From: Azolla caroliniana
Lineage: Eukaryota > Plantae > Polypodiophyta
Assembly: GCA_043228905.1 (NCBI GenBank)
Contig: JBHGNT010000007.1
Coordinates: 20,770,001 to 20,834,000 of the forward strand
DNA length: 64,000 nucleotides
Direction: 5' to 3'
Shown: positions 51,830-64,000 of the stretch, one piece after another
Layout of the letters: every line of letters starts with the position of its first letter
How positions within the stretch are numbered: the stretch's first letter is position 1
Notes under the pieces: generated by a model
What the model saw: only the letters and a program-made list of their open reading frames with translations
Told to the model about the DNA's origin: nothing
The model's database searches: none
Made by a program: the position numbers and the translations under genes

Positions 51830-52225
51830 CTACATGGTAAAGAAGAAAATAGAATAGAACCGTTAAGCCATTAACTTTTTTCAAACTGGTAAGCCATTAA
51901 ACCGGTAAAATCGCACTTTCGTGGTTCCATTTTGGTTTTCAGTTTAGGTCAAAATTCAAAATTTAAAAATTTAAAATTGTCATTATTTAAAATTTAAAAA
52001 AATTCCAAAATGTGAGAATAAGGCATCAAAATGAAAAGATTGTTTAATAACAATTTTTTTTTTTAATTAAAATTTTTTAAATTTTTAAAGAAAAAAAAAA
52101 ACCGTTTAAACCGAGGTTTCTGGCTGTTGACACCAAACTGAATTGTTTAAAAAAACCTAAACCTGAACTGTTAAGCCATTAAACCGTTGTTTCGCAATTT
52201 CGTTTGGTTCAAACTGAACCGTTTG

Positions 52226-52286
52226 GTATGAACAGGTCCTTGAGTTAGGGCTTGAGTCAAGCCCTAACTCAAGGATGTGTTCATAC
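52226..52286. repeat. Near-perfect hairpin, 30-bp arms
   Basis: GTATGAACAGGTCCTTGAGTTAGGGCTTGA-G-TCAAGCCCTAACTCAAGGATGTGTTCATAC, two mismatches. Confidence 0.9.
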
Positions 52287-52889
52287 TTAGGATGCAAGAT
52301 GGAAGGAGCCTTTAATGCCAACAAACTCCCCCATAAAAGGGCTACTCTTTCTATGTATACTACTAGTCAGGGTTATCTCCCTTGTAAACCTAGATTACAT
52401 TTTTAATCTAAAGTTACAAGTATATACATACAAGGCAGTCGGCATTAGGCTGAGTTTGTAGAGGTATAGTCGGAATTTGGCCTAATTTGGCTAGTCATCT
52501 AGATTGTGTGTTATTCGAATAAGCTCGATTGAGTCAGTTGGATCGACCGGTTAGGATCAAATTTTTTTCCAAATTGGCTTGTTTGTTCAAATCGGTTTAT
52601 GTCTGATTTTGAATCTTGGCCTCCAATCGATTGTTTGTTTCACATCACGTATGTGTCGGCTCTTGTGCTCCTGGCTAGATCTTCGATTTGTATTTGGCTT
52701 CATTCGTCCCTCGATCGTATTCTGTCTAATCACTATTCTTGCGTAGTGTTGCATCTTCAACGTTTTGGCTTTCCGATTCTTTGGACTTTGCTTTTTTAGT
52801 TCATATGATCGGATCAGTAAGTTTGACTTTCCTTCTATTGTTGTTTGTTCGGCTCTCTTCTGCTGTGTTGCTTACATCATAGTCCCATC

Positions 52890-53150
52890 ATTGTCCTCCA
52901 TGTTCTAAAGTGATGATTTGGGAATGGCTTCGTTAGGCAATCAACGATTTTCACCTCCGTGTTGATCTTTTGGACTTCAAGCTTCTTCTCTGCTATGAGC
53001 TCTCGAATGTGATGAAACCACACCTCAATGTGTTTCGTCTTTTACATGGTAGACTAGATTCTTAATGAGGTGCATTGTGCTTTGTGAGTCGCAATAGATG
53101 GTTGACGTTAGATGATCGATTCAGCTTGTACTTGCTGACAACCCCTACGG
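52890..53150 (-). pseudogene. Copia RNase H fragment
   Basis: YCDSQSTMHL...KHIEVWFHHIREL...VDCLTKP. Confidence 0.8.
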
Positions 53151-53909
53151 CATATGTACCTGCTGACAACCCCTACGACATATGTAAAATCAAGTCAGGT
53201 TGTCACCATTGCGCACATGATACTTCCTACTACCGATGCGAAGGGTATCTTTCCATTGAGATCTTTCTCCTTGTTAGTCGAAGGAGAGTTCCTATCCGAT
53301 AGTTGGAAAGTGACACATAAATGACTATACCACATGCAAGAGGGTAATTGTAAGGAGTGATCCCACTAGTTGCCAGAGCAAACAATGGTGGTAAGTGAGC
53401 GTTTGTAGCGACGGAGTGAATGCTAATGAGAAGTCAACGATTGCAACCACCGTCAAGAACAGTCGTGGCAAGTGTGCGAGTGTGGTGGTGGTGATGACTA
53501 TCGGCAACAACATGACCTTAGATATAGATGTAGTGGGTAGCCATAGAGGAGCGGATAGTGGCAAAAAGTGGTCGAAAAGTGGCGGTTTTAGAAGAAACAA
53601 GTGGTTATTAGTGGAAAATAGTGTAGCGAAGAGTGCAACAATGGAGGAGCGAACAATGGCAGAAATTGAGCGAAAAGTGGCAACACTAGAGGAGTGAGTA
53701 GTGATGATGGCAATTGCAGAGCGAACTAATTAGGAACTGGTAGCTAAGGGTATGTGAGCGAACAATAACGGTGGAGTGAATAACGACAAAGCGTTTGTAT
53801 CACAAGTTTTGTTTCTTGTTCTCTCTGTCTCTCTCTCTCTCACACCTACTCTGTGTATTCCATTCTCTGTGTTTGCTGTTGCTATCCGGCCAAGCCGGTT
53901 GAGGACTAT

Positions 53910-54084
53910 TTAGCTTCTACATTATTATCTTTTATAGTGGATTTTTAAGCTTTTCCAGTGCAATTTTGAGAATGTGTGATACTCGTATCATTTGTGAAAT
54001 GGTTATTTATACCCTAAAATCAAACGGAATATTCCTTATCTTTCCATTTGTGCGGATCCTTCCACTTGTGTACATGAACATTTT
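53910..54084 (-). mobile_element. Old relic of the left end of the outer Sola-like family
   Basis: 54056-54084 matches the 29-bp TIR at 24/29; adjacent sequence resembles 3527-3670. Confidence 0.75.
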
Positions 54085-55395
54085 CCCCCCAATTTCGGCA
54101 ATATTCGACCTAACATTGTGCTATAATCTGAGTTGGAAACTCGCAACATTGTGCTATAATCAAAATCAGCACAATAGAGCTGAACGTTCTGGGCGATGGA
54201 GATTGTGTGAAATATATGCAAAAGAATGTATGTTAGGACTTGTGATAAGATGCCTAAAGCAAACAACAGAAATAGAATATGCATATACAATGAGGTAGAA
54301 GATTTGATGGACAAGGTTAAACTCTAATGGAGGTTTGCTTATTTTCTCTTCTGTAACTTTCTATACAATGTCAAGGTTGGGCTTATATACTCAACCCTAA
54401 CAATCGGCAATGGCTCTGTTACCCGTAAGAATATACGGGGGGCATAAGGGTATGTGTAATGATGTGGTTGATGTGTATGTGTAAAGTAAATGAGTGTGTG
54501 AGGATGAGTATGTGTATGGACACATGCACAATTATGTACATGTGTACAAGAATGTGTAACGCTCTTATTTATAAGAGTCATGTAACCGTTACATTGGATG
54601 TATTATATAAACCCCCTATGGGGTATGTAATGAGATATACATTTTTCCCCTCTCATTTTGTGTCATTTTTAATTTGTCCTTCTCTCTAGTTCTCTCACTA
54701 TCGTAACCCCCTTGGGAGGGGGGTGAAGCCAGTCTAGGCTTCAGCCCCCACCCCAGCAACACTTTTGGCACGCCCGAACGGACGACCTCCCTTGAGAGGA
54801 AGTCTCTCCTCACTCTCCATTTCCTTCACTAACCTCTCTCCCTCTCTAGTGTGTCTCTATGTCTATATTGCGTATACACCCATGTGTGTGGGTACGTGCT
54901 ACTGCAAATGAAACCTAAAGCCAATGGCATCCATGGTTGGCTATGGTGCCTAAAGCTCCCACCTCCTCTCCTCACCACGATTCCTGAGAAAGAAGCTTAT
55001 CTCTACATGCCTTTATCGCTCTGTGTCTGTCTTGCTTACTATTTGTGTATTGTGTGTCAAGATGGCCCATCAAGTCTATGGCAAGCGAGCCAAAATCTCC
55101 TCCTTTTCCTTCTCCCTTTGCTTGTCCTCCTTCTTACAGAAGCCCTTTCATGAAGATATGGGAAGAAGAAGATGATAATTCTGATTCGTTTAGTTTCTCA
55201 AGGGACCGATGGCCTATGGCTATGGAACCACTGTGTGGGGGAGCGAAAGGGCGTCTCTACAGAGGTTCCTGCCATCAATCGCGAAGCAAACAAAGAGATC
55301 AAAGAGGAGGAGGATTGGAGCTATGCAGGAGATACCATATCTCCATATGCAGAGTATGCAGGAGACGCCATAGCTCCATCTGAGGAGTATGCAAG

Positions 55396-58300
55396 TGTTG
55401 GGGCCTGTCCACTCAAGTGGAGCCCACAATGTTAAGTCGGCTAAACGCCGAATACAACTTAAAACTAATTAGTTACATTTAAATATATATATATATATGT
55501 ATTTATGTATGTTTCCTCTCTTTCTTTTTTGTATGTTTTTGGGCGTGTGTCTTTTTTGTTTTGTTTTGTTTAGGTGTGAAAACAGATTCGAAAAAGGACG
55601 TTGCCCTACAAGACTGAGGGAAGAGGGGCAGACGCAAAAAAAACTATTACAACGAAAGAGAGTGCAGAAAAAAAACAGAGAATATACAAGTGTGATACAA
55701 TCTGATTTTGTGAGTGAAAAACAGAGAGTAAAAACAGAAAACTGAGAGGGAAGTCTTCGAGAAAGACAGAGAAAGATAGAGAAAAACGAAGTGCATAAGA
55801 AAACATATCTAAGAGGCTGAAAACAGAGATTCGACAAAAAGAGGTGTGTAAGAAGACACAAGAAATCAGAAGTGAACAAGTGAACAAGTGTGAGAGCTCG
55901 AGAACAAGGTGATCGAGAACGAGAACTCGTTGCAAGTGTAAAGACGGAGATCTAGTGAGGTGCTGTTTGGACCACAGCAACTCTTCCATTTACTCGTAAC
56001 AGGTTTACTTGTTTGTGTTTCTTTTGGGTTTTTCTTTTGGTTGTTTATCTTATTTGGTAGAGTGAACATTGTATCCAAGGCGGTAGCCTTGAAATATAAG
56101 TGCATATCTCTAGAGTAAACTCTTGAGGCTATATACGCCTTGTACACTCAGAAATTAGTGAATTTGTTTTGGAACCTAAGGTTCCCGTGGTTTTTCCCAA
56201 TTTTTGGGTTTTCCACGTTAAAATTTGGTGTACTCTCTTTTTGTGTTGTGGTGTTGTTTATTTTGATTCTTGAGTTGGTATTACGAATCATCCCGATTCC
56301 GCTCCATATCCCTATCAAGTGGTATCAGAGCAAGGTTCATACCCTCCGCAAAGACTTGGAATATGGATGAATCATTAGGGGGGATGATTAAATTAACGGG
56401 ATCCAACTACTCCATTTGGAGATCTAAAATGAGAGACATGTTGGTGTGTAAAGACATGTATCTGCCCGTACTACATGGTCAAAGCAAACCTGAAGACATA
56501 AATGCATCAACTTGGGATGCAATGCATCTAAAAACAACATCATATATACGTTGTTTCATAGATATGAGTCTATATAACAATTTTGTAGATGAAACCAAGG
56601 CACACGAACTATGGGGGAAAATAGAAACCATGTTTCAAACTAAAAATGCCTTGAATAGGGTCTCAGTGTTTAGGAAACTTGTAAGACTTAGATACCAAGA
56701 TGGCTCTAGTATGGCAGAGCATCTTAACACTTTTCAAGGACTTGTAAGTCAAACAATCTCCCTAGAAATACCTTTAGCACATGAGGTGTTGACTTTGTTG
56801 TTGTTAGGCTCTCTCCCAGATAGTTGGGAAACCCTTGTCGTGACGCTTGGGACCGCAACACAATATAAGGAGCTAACATTGGATTCGCTCAAATAGAGTC
56901 TTTTGCATGAAGAAGCACGACGAAAGGAGCGTGAATCTAATAATGAGGAAGCCTTGCTCATAGAAAAGAATCCCGATAGGGGAAGACACCATACTCGGGG
57001 TCCACAAGGTCATAGAAATAATGATGAGGGGAGGTCAAAATCTAGAGGTAGGAAAGACTTCAAGAAAGACTTCACGTGTCGTTATTGTGGTGGTCCACAC
57101 CATTATGAGAGAGACTGTTGGAAGAAAAAGAAAGACCAAAAGAAAGGAACCACCGACAATAAGAGCAATGACCCCACTACAGCCACTTGTGATGGCGACA
57201 TTGTCATTGCATGTGATGATGCATGTGTTAGCTTAGCATGCCAACAAACTGATTGGATTATTGACTCGGGAGCCTCGTATCACATTACTCCATATCGAGA
57301 GATGTTCTCGACATATGCCGGTGGTGACTTTGGTAAAGTCAAAATGGCGAACCACGGCATAACAGAGGTTGTTGGCATGGGAAATATAATTCTAACCACG
57401 GACACTGGTTGCAAACTAGTATTAAATGATGTTAGGCATGTACCGAATATTCGGCTGAATATTATTTCAGCCGGTAAGCTTGATGATGAGGGTTACACAA
57501 ATTCCTTCGGTGAAGGAAAATGGAAGCTCATCAAAGGCTCGCTAGTATTAGCAAGATGCCTAAAACAGATTTCTCTCTACGTAATGCGTGCTATGGTGTC
57601 CAATGGGGAGGTAAATGTAGCCGATAAGGAAGTTCCCATTGAATTGTGGCACAAGAGACTTGGGCACATGAGTCAAAAAGGACTCGAGGTGCTAGCTAGA
57701 AAGAACATCCTACCTGAGATAAGAGGTATGCACTTAGAAACTTGTGTTGATTGCTTGGCCGACAAACAACACAGAGTTGCCTTTCAACATCTGCCCCCAA
57801 AAAGAAAATCTTAGCCATTGGAATTGGTGCACACGGACTTGTGCTATATGAAAGATAGAACTCTTGGGGGAGCATTGTACTTTGCCACATTTATCGATGA
57901 CTTCTCGAGGAAGTTGTGGTGCTTTGCATTAAAGACTAAAGATCAAGTGTTTGAAATCTTTAGGAACTTTCATGTAAGTGTGGAAAGAGAAACAGGAAGA
58001 AAGCTGAAATGTATCTGTGCCGATAACGGCGGTGAATATCAGGGACGATTTGAGGGATATTGTCATGAGCATGGTATTAGACTAGAGAGAAGTGTCCCGA
58101 AAACACCTCAGCACAATGGCGTGGCTAAGAGGATGAATAGGACAATTTGTGAGCGGATAAGATGCATGCTATCCCATTCAAAATTACCGAAATCTTTTTG
58201 GGGTGAAGCAATGAGGACTGACGTTGACCTCATTAATTTGTCCCCATCAATCCCTTTGGATGGTGATGTACCTGAAAGGGTTTGGACAGGTAAGGAGGTG

Positions 58301-61291
58301 TCATACAAACACTTAAGAGTGTTTGGTTGCAAGGCTTATGTCCACATCCCAAAAGATGAAAGATCCAAGCTTGATGACAAATGCAAACCATGCATATTTT
58401 TGGGATACGGCCATGAGGAATTTGGCTATAGACTTTATGACCCAATAGAGAAAAAGGTCATTAGAAGCAGGGATGTGGTATTCCTTGAGGATCAGACCTT
58501 ACAAGATCCGGAGCCGAATGAAATGCCGAATCTCACCCCTGATTTTTCAGTCACTGAACACCCAATGCCTGCCCCAGACACACAAGGTCATGGGGGAGAT
58601 ACCGAGGAGTATGATGATATGGCTGATGATGCAGCCAACGATGATGACGGGCAATATCATGACCATCATACTCTAGGTGACAATTCAGCATCTCCTCCGG
58701 AAGAAGAAGAGGTTAGAAGGTCTATGAGACAAAGAAGACCTTCTACTAGATATAGCCCACATGAATATGTGATGCTTTCAGATGGAGGAGAGCCAGAAAG
58801 CTTTAGAGAAGCTATGGCAAATGATCATAAGGAGGAATGGCTTGACGCCATGAATGATGAGATGAAGTCTTTGCTAGACAATCACACTTATGATCTTGTA
58901 AAGCTGCCTAAGGGCAAGAGAGCGCTGAAAAACAAATGGGTTTACAGGCTCAAGACTAAGGAACATTGCTCACAACCAAGATACAAGGCAAGATTGGTTG
59001 TGAAAGGGTTCAGCCAGAAAAAGGGAATTGATTTCGAGGAGATTTTCTCACCAGTGGTGAAGATGTCCTCGATCAGAGTTGTACTTGGGATCGCAGCTAG
59101 TCTCGATCTGGAAGTTGAGCAACTTGATGTAAAAACCGCCTTCCTCCATGGCGATTTGGAAGAAGAGATTTACATGGATCAACCCAAAGGATTCAAAGTC
59201 AAAGGTAAGGAAAACCTGGTATGCAAGTTAAATAAGAGCTTGTATGGCCTAAAACAAGCTCCTAGACTTTGGTACAAAAAGTTTGACTCTTTTATGCTGA
59301 ACCATGGGTATAATAGAACAAACACAGACCATTGTGTGTTTGTTAAGAAATTCCCAGATGGGGATTTTGTCATTTTGCTCCTGTATGTTGATGATATGTT
59401 GATCGTTGGTCAAGACACCAACAAGATTGAGAAGCTGAAAAAGGAACTCAGCAAATCTTTTGCAATGAAAGACTTGGGACCAGCCAAGCAAATCCTTGGG
59501 ATGAAGATAACCAGGGACAGGGCAAATAAAAGACTTTGGCTATCTCAAGAAAAGTACATTGAGAAGGTACTTGAGAGATTCAACATGGCTAAGAGTAAGC
59601 CGGTCAACACTCCACTCGCGGGCCACTTTAAACTTAGCTCAGCTCAATGCTTTACGAGTGATGAAGAGCAAAAAGAAATGACACAAATACCATATGCCTC
59701 TGCAGTCGGCAGTTTAATGTATGCTATGGTATGCACGAGGCCGGACATTGCTCACGCAGTTGGTGTAGTGAGCCGTTTCCTCTCAAACCCTGGAAAAGAT
59801 CATTGGGAAGCAGTGAAATGGATCTTGCGATATCTGAGGGGTACCTCAAGAGTCTGTCTAAAATTTGGTGAGAACCAAACTATATTAGATGGATATACAG
59901 ATGTCGATATGGCTGGTGATGTTGACTCCAGAAAGTCTACATCTGGTTACCTAATGATCTTTGCAGGGGGAGCAGTCTCTTGGCAATCGAGATTGCAAAA
60001 ATGTGTGGCATTATCCACAACGGAGGCCGAGTATATTGCTGTCACAGAAGCTAGTAAGGAATTGTTATGGCTAAAGAAATTCCTACAAGAGTTGGGGCTG
60101 ACTCAAGAAAAATACATCTTGTATTGTGACAGCCAAAGTGCTATACACTTAAGTAAGAATTCTTCCTTTCATTCCAAGTCAAAACACATAGATGTTAGAT
60201 ACCATTGGATTATAGATGTGCTTGAAGAAAAGCAAATGCACATTGAAAAGATTCACACAAATGAGAATGGTTCTGACATGATGACAAAATGTTTGTCAAG
60301 GGAGAAGCTTGAAGTTTGCAAACAAAAGGCAAACCTAGTTGTGCCTCCCACTTGAGATGGAGGGGGAGAATTGTTGGGGCCTGTCCACTCAAGTGGAGCC
60401 CACAATGTTAAGTCGGCTAAACGCCGAATACAACTTAAAACTAATTAGTTACATTTAAATATATATATATATGTATTTATGTATGTTTCCTCTCTTTCTT
60501 TTTTGTATGTTTTTGGGCGTGTGTCTTTTTTGTTTTGTTTTGTTTAGGTGTGAAAACAGATTCGAAAAAGGACGTTGCCCTACAAGGCTGAGGGAAGAGG
60601 GGCAGACGCAAAAAAAACTATTACAACGAAAGAGAGTGCAGAAAAAAAACAGAGAATATACAAGTGTGATACAATCTGATTTTGTGAGTGAAAAACAGAG
60701 AGTAAAAACAGAAAACTGAGAGGGAAGTCTTCGAGAAAGACAGAGAAAGATAGAGAAAAACGAAGTGCATAAGAAAACATATCTAAGAGGCTGAAAACAG
60801 AGATTCGACAAAAAGAGGTGTGTAAGAAGACACAAGAAATCAGAAGTGAACAAGTGAACAAGTGTGAGAGCTCGAGAACAAGGTGATCGAGAACGAGAAC
60901 TCGTTGCAAGTGTAAAGACGGAGATCTAGTGAGGTGCTGTTTGGACCACAGCAACTCTTCCATTTACTCGTAACAGGTTTACTTGTTTGTGTTTCTTTTG
61001 GGTTTTTCTTTTGGTTGTTTATCTTATTTGGTAGAGTGAACATTGTATCCAAGGCGGTAGCCTTGAAATATAAGTGCATATCTCTAGAGTAAACTCTTGA
61101 GGCTATATACGCCTTGTACACTCAGAAATTAGTGAATTTGTTTTGGAACCTAAGGTTCCCGTGGTTTTTCCCAATTTTTGGGTTTTCCACGTTAAAATTT
61201 GGTGTACTCTCTTTTTGTGTTGTGGTGTTGTTTATTTTGATTCTTGAGTTGGTATTACGAATCATCCCGATTTCGCTCCATATCCCTATCA
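55396..61291 (+). mobile_element. Young full-length Tnt1-like Copia retrotransposon
   Basis: LTRs 55396-56317 and 60372-61291 nearly identical; PBS TGGTATCAGAGC 56320-56331; PPT GAGATGGAGGGGGAGAA before 60372. Confidence 0.97.
56363..60355 (+). pseudogene. Copia gag-pol polyprotein with two in-frame stops
   Basis: LTGSNYSIW, CRYCGGPHHYERDC, WIIDSGAS, LWHKRLGH, ADNGGEY, YKARLVVKGF, LYVDDM, STTEAEY. TAG at 56894-56896 and 57812-57814 in one frame. Confidence 0.95.
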
Positions 61292-63423
61292 AGAAACGCC
61301 ATAGCTCCATCTGCATCTCCATCACCATCGCCATTTCTGGCTATGGCTATGATCAGCAAGTTCCCATTCCATCTTTGGCTTTTGGTAAATCATGTATAGC
61401 CTCCTGAGATGTAGAGGCCTGATTCGGTGGTGGCAGAAGATTGATCGCGTATTACTACTATCCATCACTGCTGCCCCTGACCATCAAGGAGTGCATCACA
61501 TCCATCAGACTCGTCGCCTTGTCTTTGTCGATCTGTCTGATGTATAGGCGAACATCTGCACCTTGGATTTGTACAAGGGAAGCATCTGCTAGGTAAAGAT
61601 CAAGCAATTGTCGTGCCTCCTCCTCAGTCTCACAGCTTGCATCGATCCTCAAATCCTCACCGCCTGTCGGACACATGGGAATGGGATCTAGTTTTGGATG
61701 TCTTCCATGATGACTTTGACGAGATGTGGCTGAGCGTGGCGTAGAGATAGGAATCGTAGTAAAGCTCTCGGTCGAGGTCGGCTTGAAGAGGCGGCAACCA
61801 TCCTGTTTCTTCTTCCTCTGCAAGCATATTAAAGCACAGAAACCCACAAGTATAGACGAGAGTTTGATTGAAGGCACAATGAGCTCTTGTCCTCCATCAC
61901 CTTTAGAAAGGGGTTTTGAAGCCAGTACTAATGGGCAAGATAGTGACTTTAGCTCAAAGTTTTGTTGCTCTAAATTCCATCCCAAAAGAATTGTAAACAA
62001 TGGAGTTGTTTACGACTCTCTTCCATACCACCAGAGGAATTTCGATGCCCTATCTATTTACAACTAATGTCAGATCCAATCACCATATCCTCTGGACAAA
62101 CCTATGAGAGAGTTTTGCATAGAGAAATGGTTTGGAGAGGGCCATGATACATGCCCATAAACTTAGCAAAAGCTCACCCACCTAGAGGTTACTCCCAATT
62201 AGTGTGAAAGCTCTGATGATGAGTTGGTACGAGAGACATTTAGTACCTATCCCTCAGCATATTACACAAAGAATGATGGAGAATGTAGTTGCAAAATGAT
62301 GATCCTCACCCATTTGTTCTATGGGCTGGTGTGGATCATTATCCACCACCAAGTGAGGTTTTCATAGCAAAATCAGAGTTTGTGAGTATTTCAATGATCC
62401 TAAACTCCAATACTACTATTGCATCAGAATGGTCCTCGTACATGAATTGAGGGTCATCTGAGGTAGAGAAGGAAGGATCAACTGTGTGGTTCTTCCCTCC
62501 CCTCTTGATGAAGAGATCAACACCGCAATCATTGCCGTCATTGCCGAAGCTGCCGCGATCCACTAGAAGTGAAAGGCGGGAATATGAATGGAAGCAAGAA
62601 GAGAGGGGCATTCAAAAAGCGCAAGGGCAGATCGCAAAATTTCAAAAATTGGAGGGCATCAAAACCGAATTTCAGAAGTTCGAGGGCAGATGATGGAATT
62701 TCAAAAGCTCGAGGTCATGTGACCAAATTTCAAAAACTTGAGGGTAGAAGACAAATTTTTAAAAGCTTAAAGGCAAAAGATGAAATTAAAAAAAAAAACT
62801 GGAGGCTAGAAGAGAATATTTAAAAAAAAAAAACAGGAGGCCCTTGAAAACAAATTTTAAAAACTTTGAGCGCAAAATTTTAAAGACCAAAGGGTACAAA
62901 ATATAAAACTCACTTCACATGATGAAAGAAAGAATACACAAATGCATAACACGATTTCACAACCCATGCCACAGGGAACTAGCCAATTGGTGTATGATCC
63001 AATCACGACTTGTGTTGACCGAATGAGAAGGTTCGAGTCAAGCAAAGCTCCGATCGAAGTTATCGATCGTAGAGCAGTGATCCGATCGAGGGATTTCCGA
63101 TTGTTGAGACGACCGATAAAGTTCCGGTCGCGAAGAGTTGTCATGGCGAGTGGGTTCACCGTGCAATGCACTGTCCCATAGGTGTGCCATGTGTTACCCG
63201 TAAGAATATACGGGGAGGCATAAGGGTATGTGTAATGATGTGGCTAATGTGTATGTGTAAAGTAAATGAGTGTGTGAGGATGAGTATGTGTATGGACACG
63301 TGCACAATTATGTGCATGTGTACAAGAATGTGTAACGGTCTTATTTATAACAGTCATGTAACCGTTACATTGGATGTATTATATAAACCCCTCTATGGGG
63401 TATGTAATGAGATATACATTTTT

Positions 63424-63600
63424 CAATGGGAAATGGAGAGTATGTGTGGATTTTAGACCATTGAATGTAGCACCCAAACGACATTATTATTCAATGGCCT
63501 TCCAAGATGAGGCATTAGATGGAGTGGCTAGACATGAAAGGTATTCAATATGTGATGGTTTTTGTAGATATTTTCAAATAGAAATGAATTTAATTGAAGT
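63424..63600 (+). pseudogene. Ty3/Gypsy RT fragment
   Basis: NGKWRVCVDFRPLN...YSICDGFCRYFQI. Confidence 0.85.
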
Positions 63601-63884
63601 TAATAAGAATGATGAAGTATGGGAAAGTCATATTATATGGAGAGTGAGATGATGTTTAGAAGGAAACAAAAAAGTTAGTTGTGTGACAGTTACCTCATTC
63701 TTCTTTATCTCCATATCTTCTTGCATATAATTAGCGTTCGCCCCATCATATTCTTAAACATCTATATCCCATTACAATTCCCAGGTCGTAATATTTAGAG
63801 CTTTTCATTTAGTGTTTTACTTCTTCATCAATCAATCTTGTTTTCCTTGTTTATACATAATTGAGTTCGTCTTGTTTTATTTTG

Positions 63885-64000
63885 CAACTCGGTGACCCCC
63901 TATACTCTCTCATCACCACCCCTCATTCAATCATGAATACCATACCATCTCTAAGTATTCATGATGACCCTCCTCTTGTCCTTCCTATAGGGCACAATGC
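63885..64000 (-). repeat. Further copy of the 51465-51550 / 36880-36975 segment
   Basis: CGGTGACCCCCTATACTCTCTCATCACCACCCCTCATTCAATCATGAATACCATACCAT is shared with 51463-51521. Confidence 0.85.

Larger units (their letters stand above)
54417..63424 (+). mobile_element. Putative non-autonomous Gypsy (Tat-like) LTR element hosting the young Copia
   Basis: Direct repeats 54417-54761 and 63192-63424 (second truncated); PBS-like TGGCACGCCC at 54766. No gag/pol found and no clear PPT, so two independent LTRs remain possible. Confidence 0.55.

Noticed and set aside
55469-56370. ORFs duplicated at 60455-61407
   Set aside because: They lie within the LTRs and have no protein-like features.

Overview
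Transposon-dense eukaryotic, land-plant-like DNA with spliceosomal introns and Copia/L1/Gypsy remnants. A fern or other seed-free plant is my guess, not shown by the sequence. The main structure is a three-level nest. A Copia pol gene is split at ICEG|CMYG by a 20,003-bp Sola-like DNA transposon (3498-23500, perfect 29-bp TIRs, AAGG target duplication). That element contains an 11,856-bp Sola2-like element (3807-15662, 25-bp TIRs GGG...CCC, ACAA duplication). The outer element carries, head-to-head with its transposase, a spliced gene for a ParB/Srx-like domain fused to a prokaryote-type beta-class amino-DNA methyltransferase (DIPY...DLFSGTGTT). Its first intron holds five 25-bp palindromes spaced exactly 51 bp apart. 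The inner element carries a RING-like gene and a degenerate FCP1/HAD phosphatase gene, and has kilobase TAGCTAATTAGCTA palindrome arrays lying inside introns. The rest holds an old inverted duplication, a 453-codon ORF resembling a P2B Ca2+-ATPase membrane domain without catalytic heads, two more full-length Copia elements, two solo LTRs, small TIR elements, LINE fragments and hairpins. All family calls are motif recognition by eye; no searches were run.
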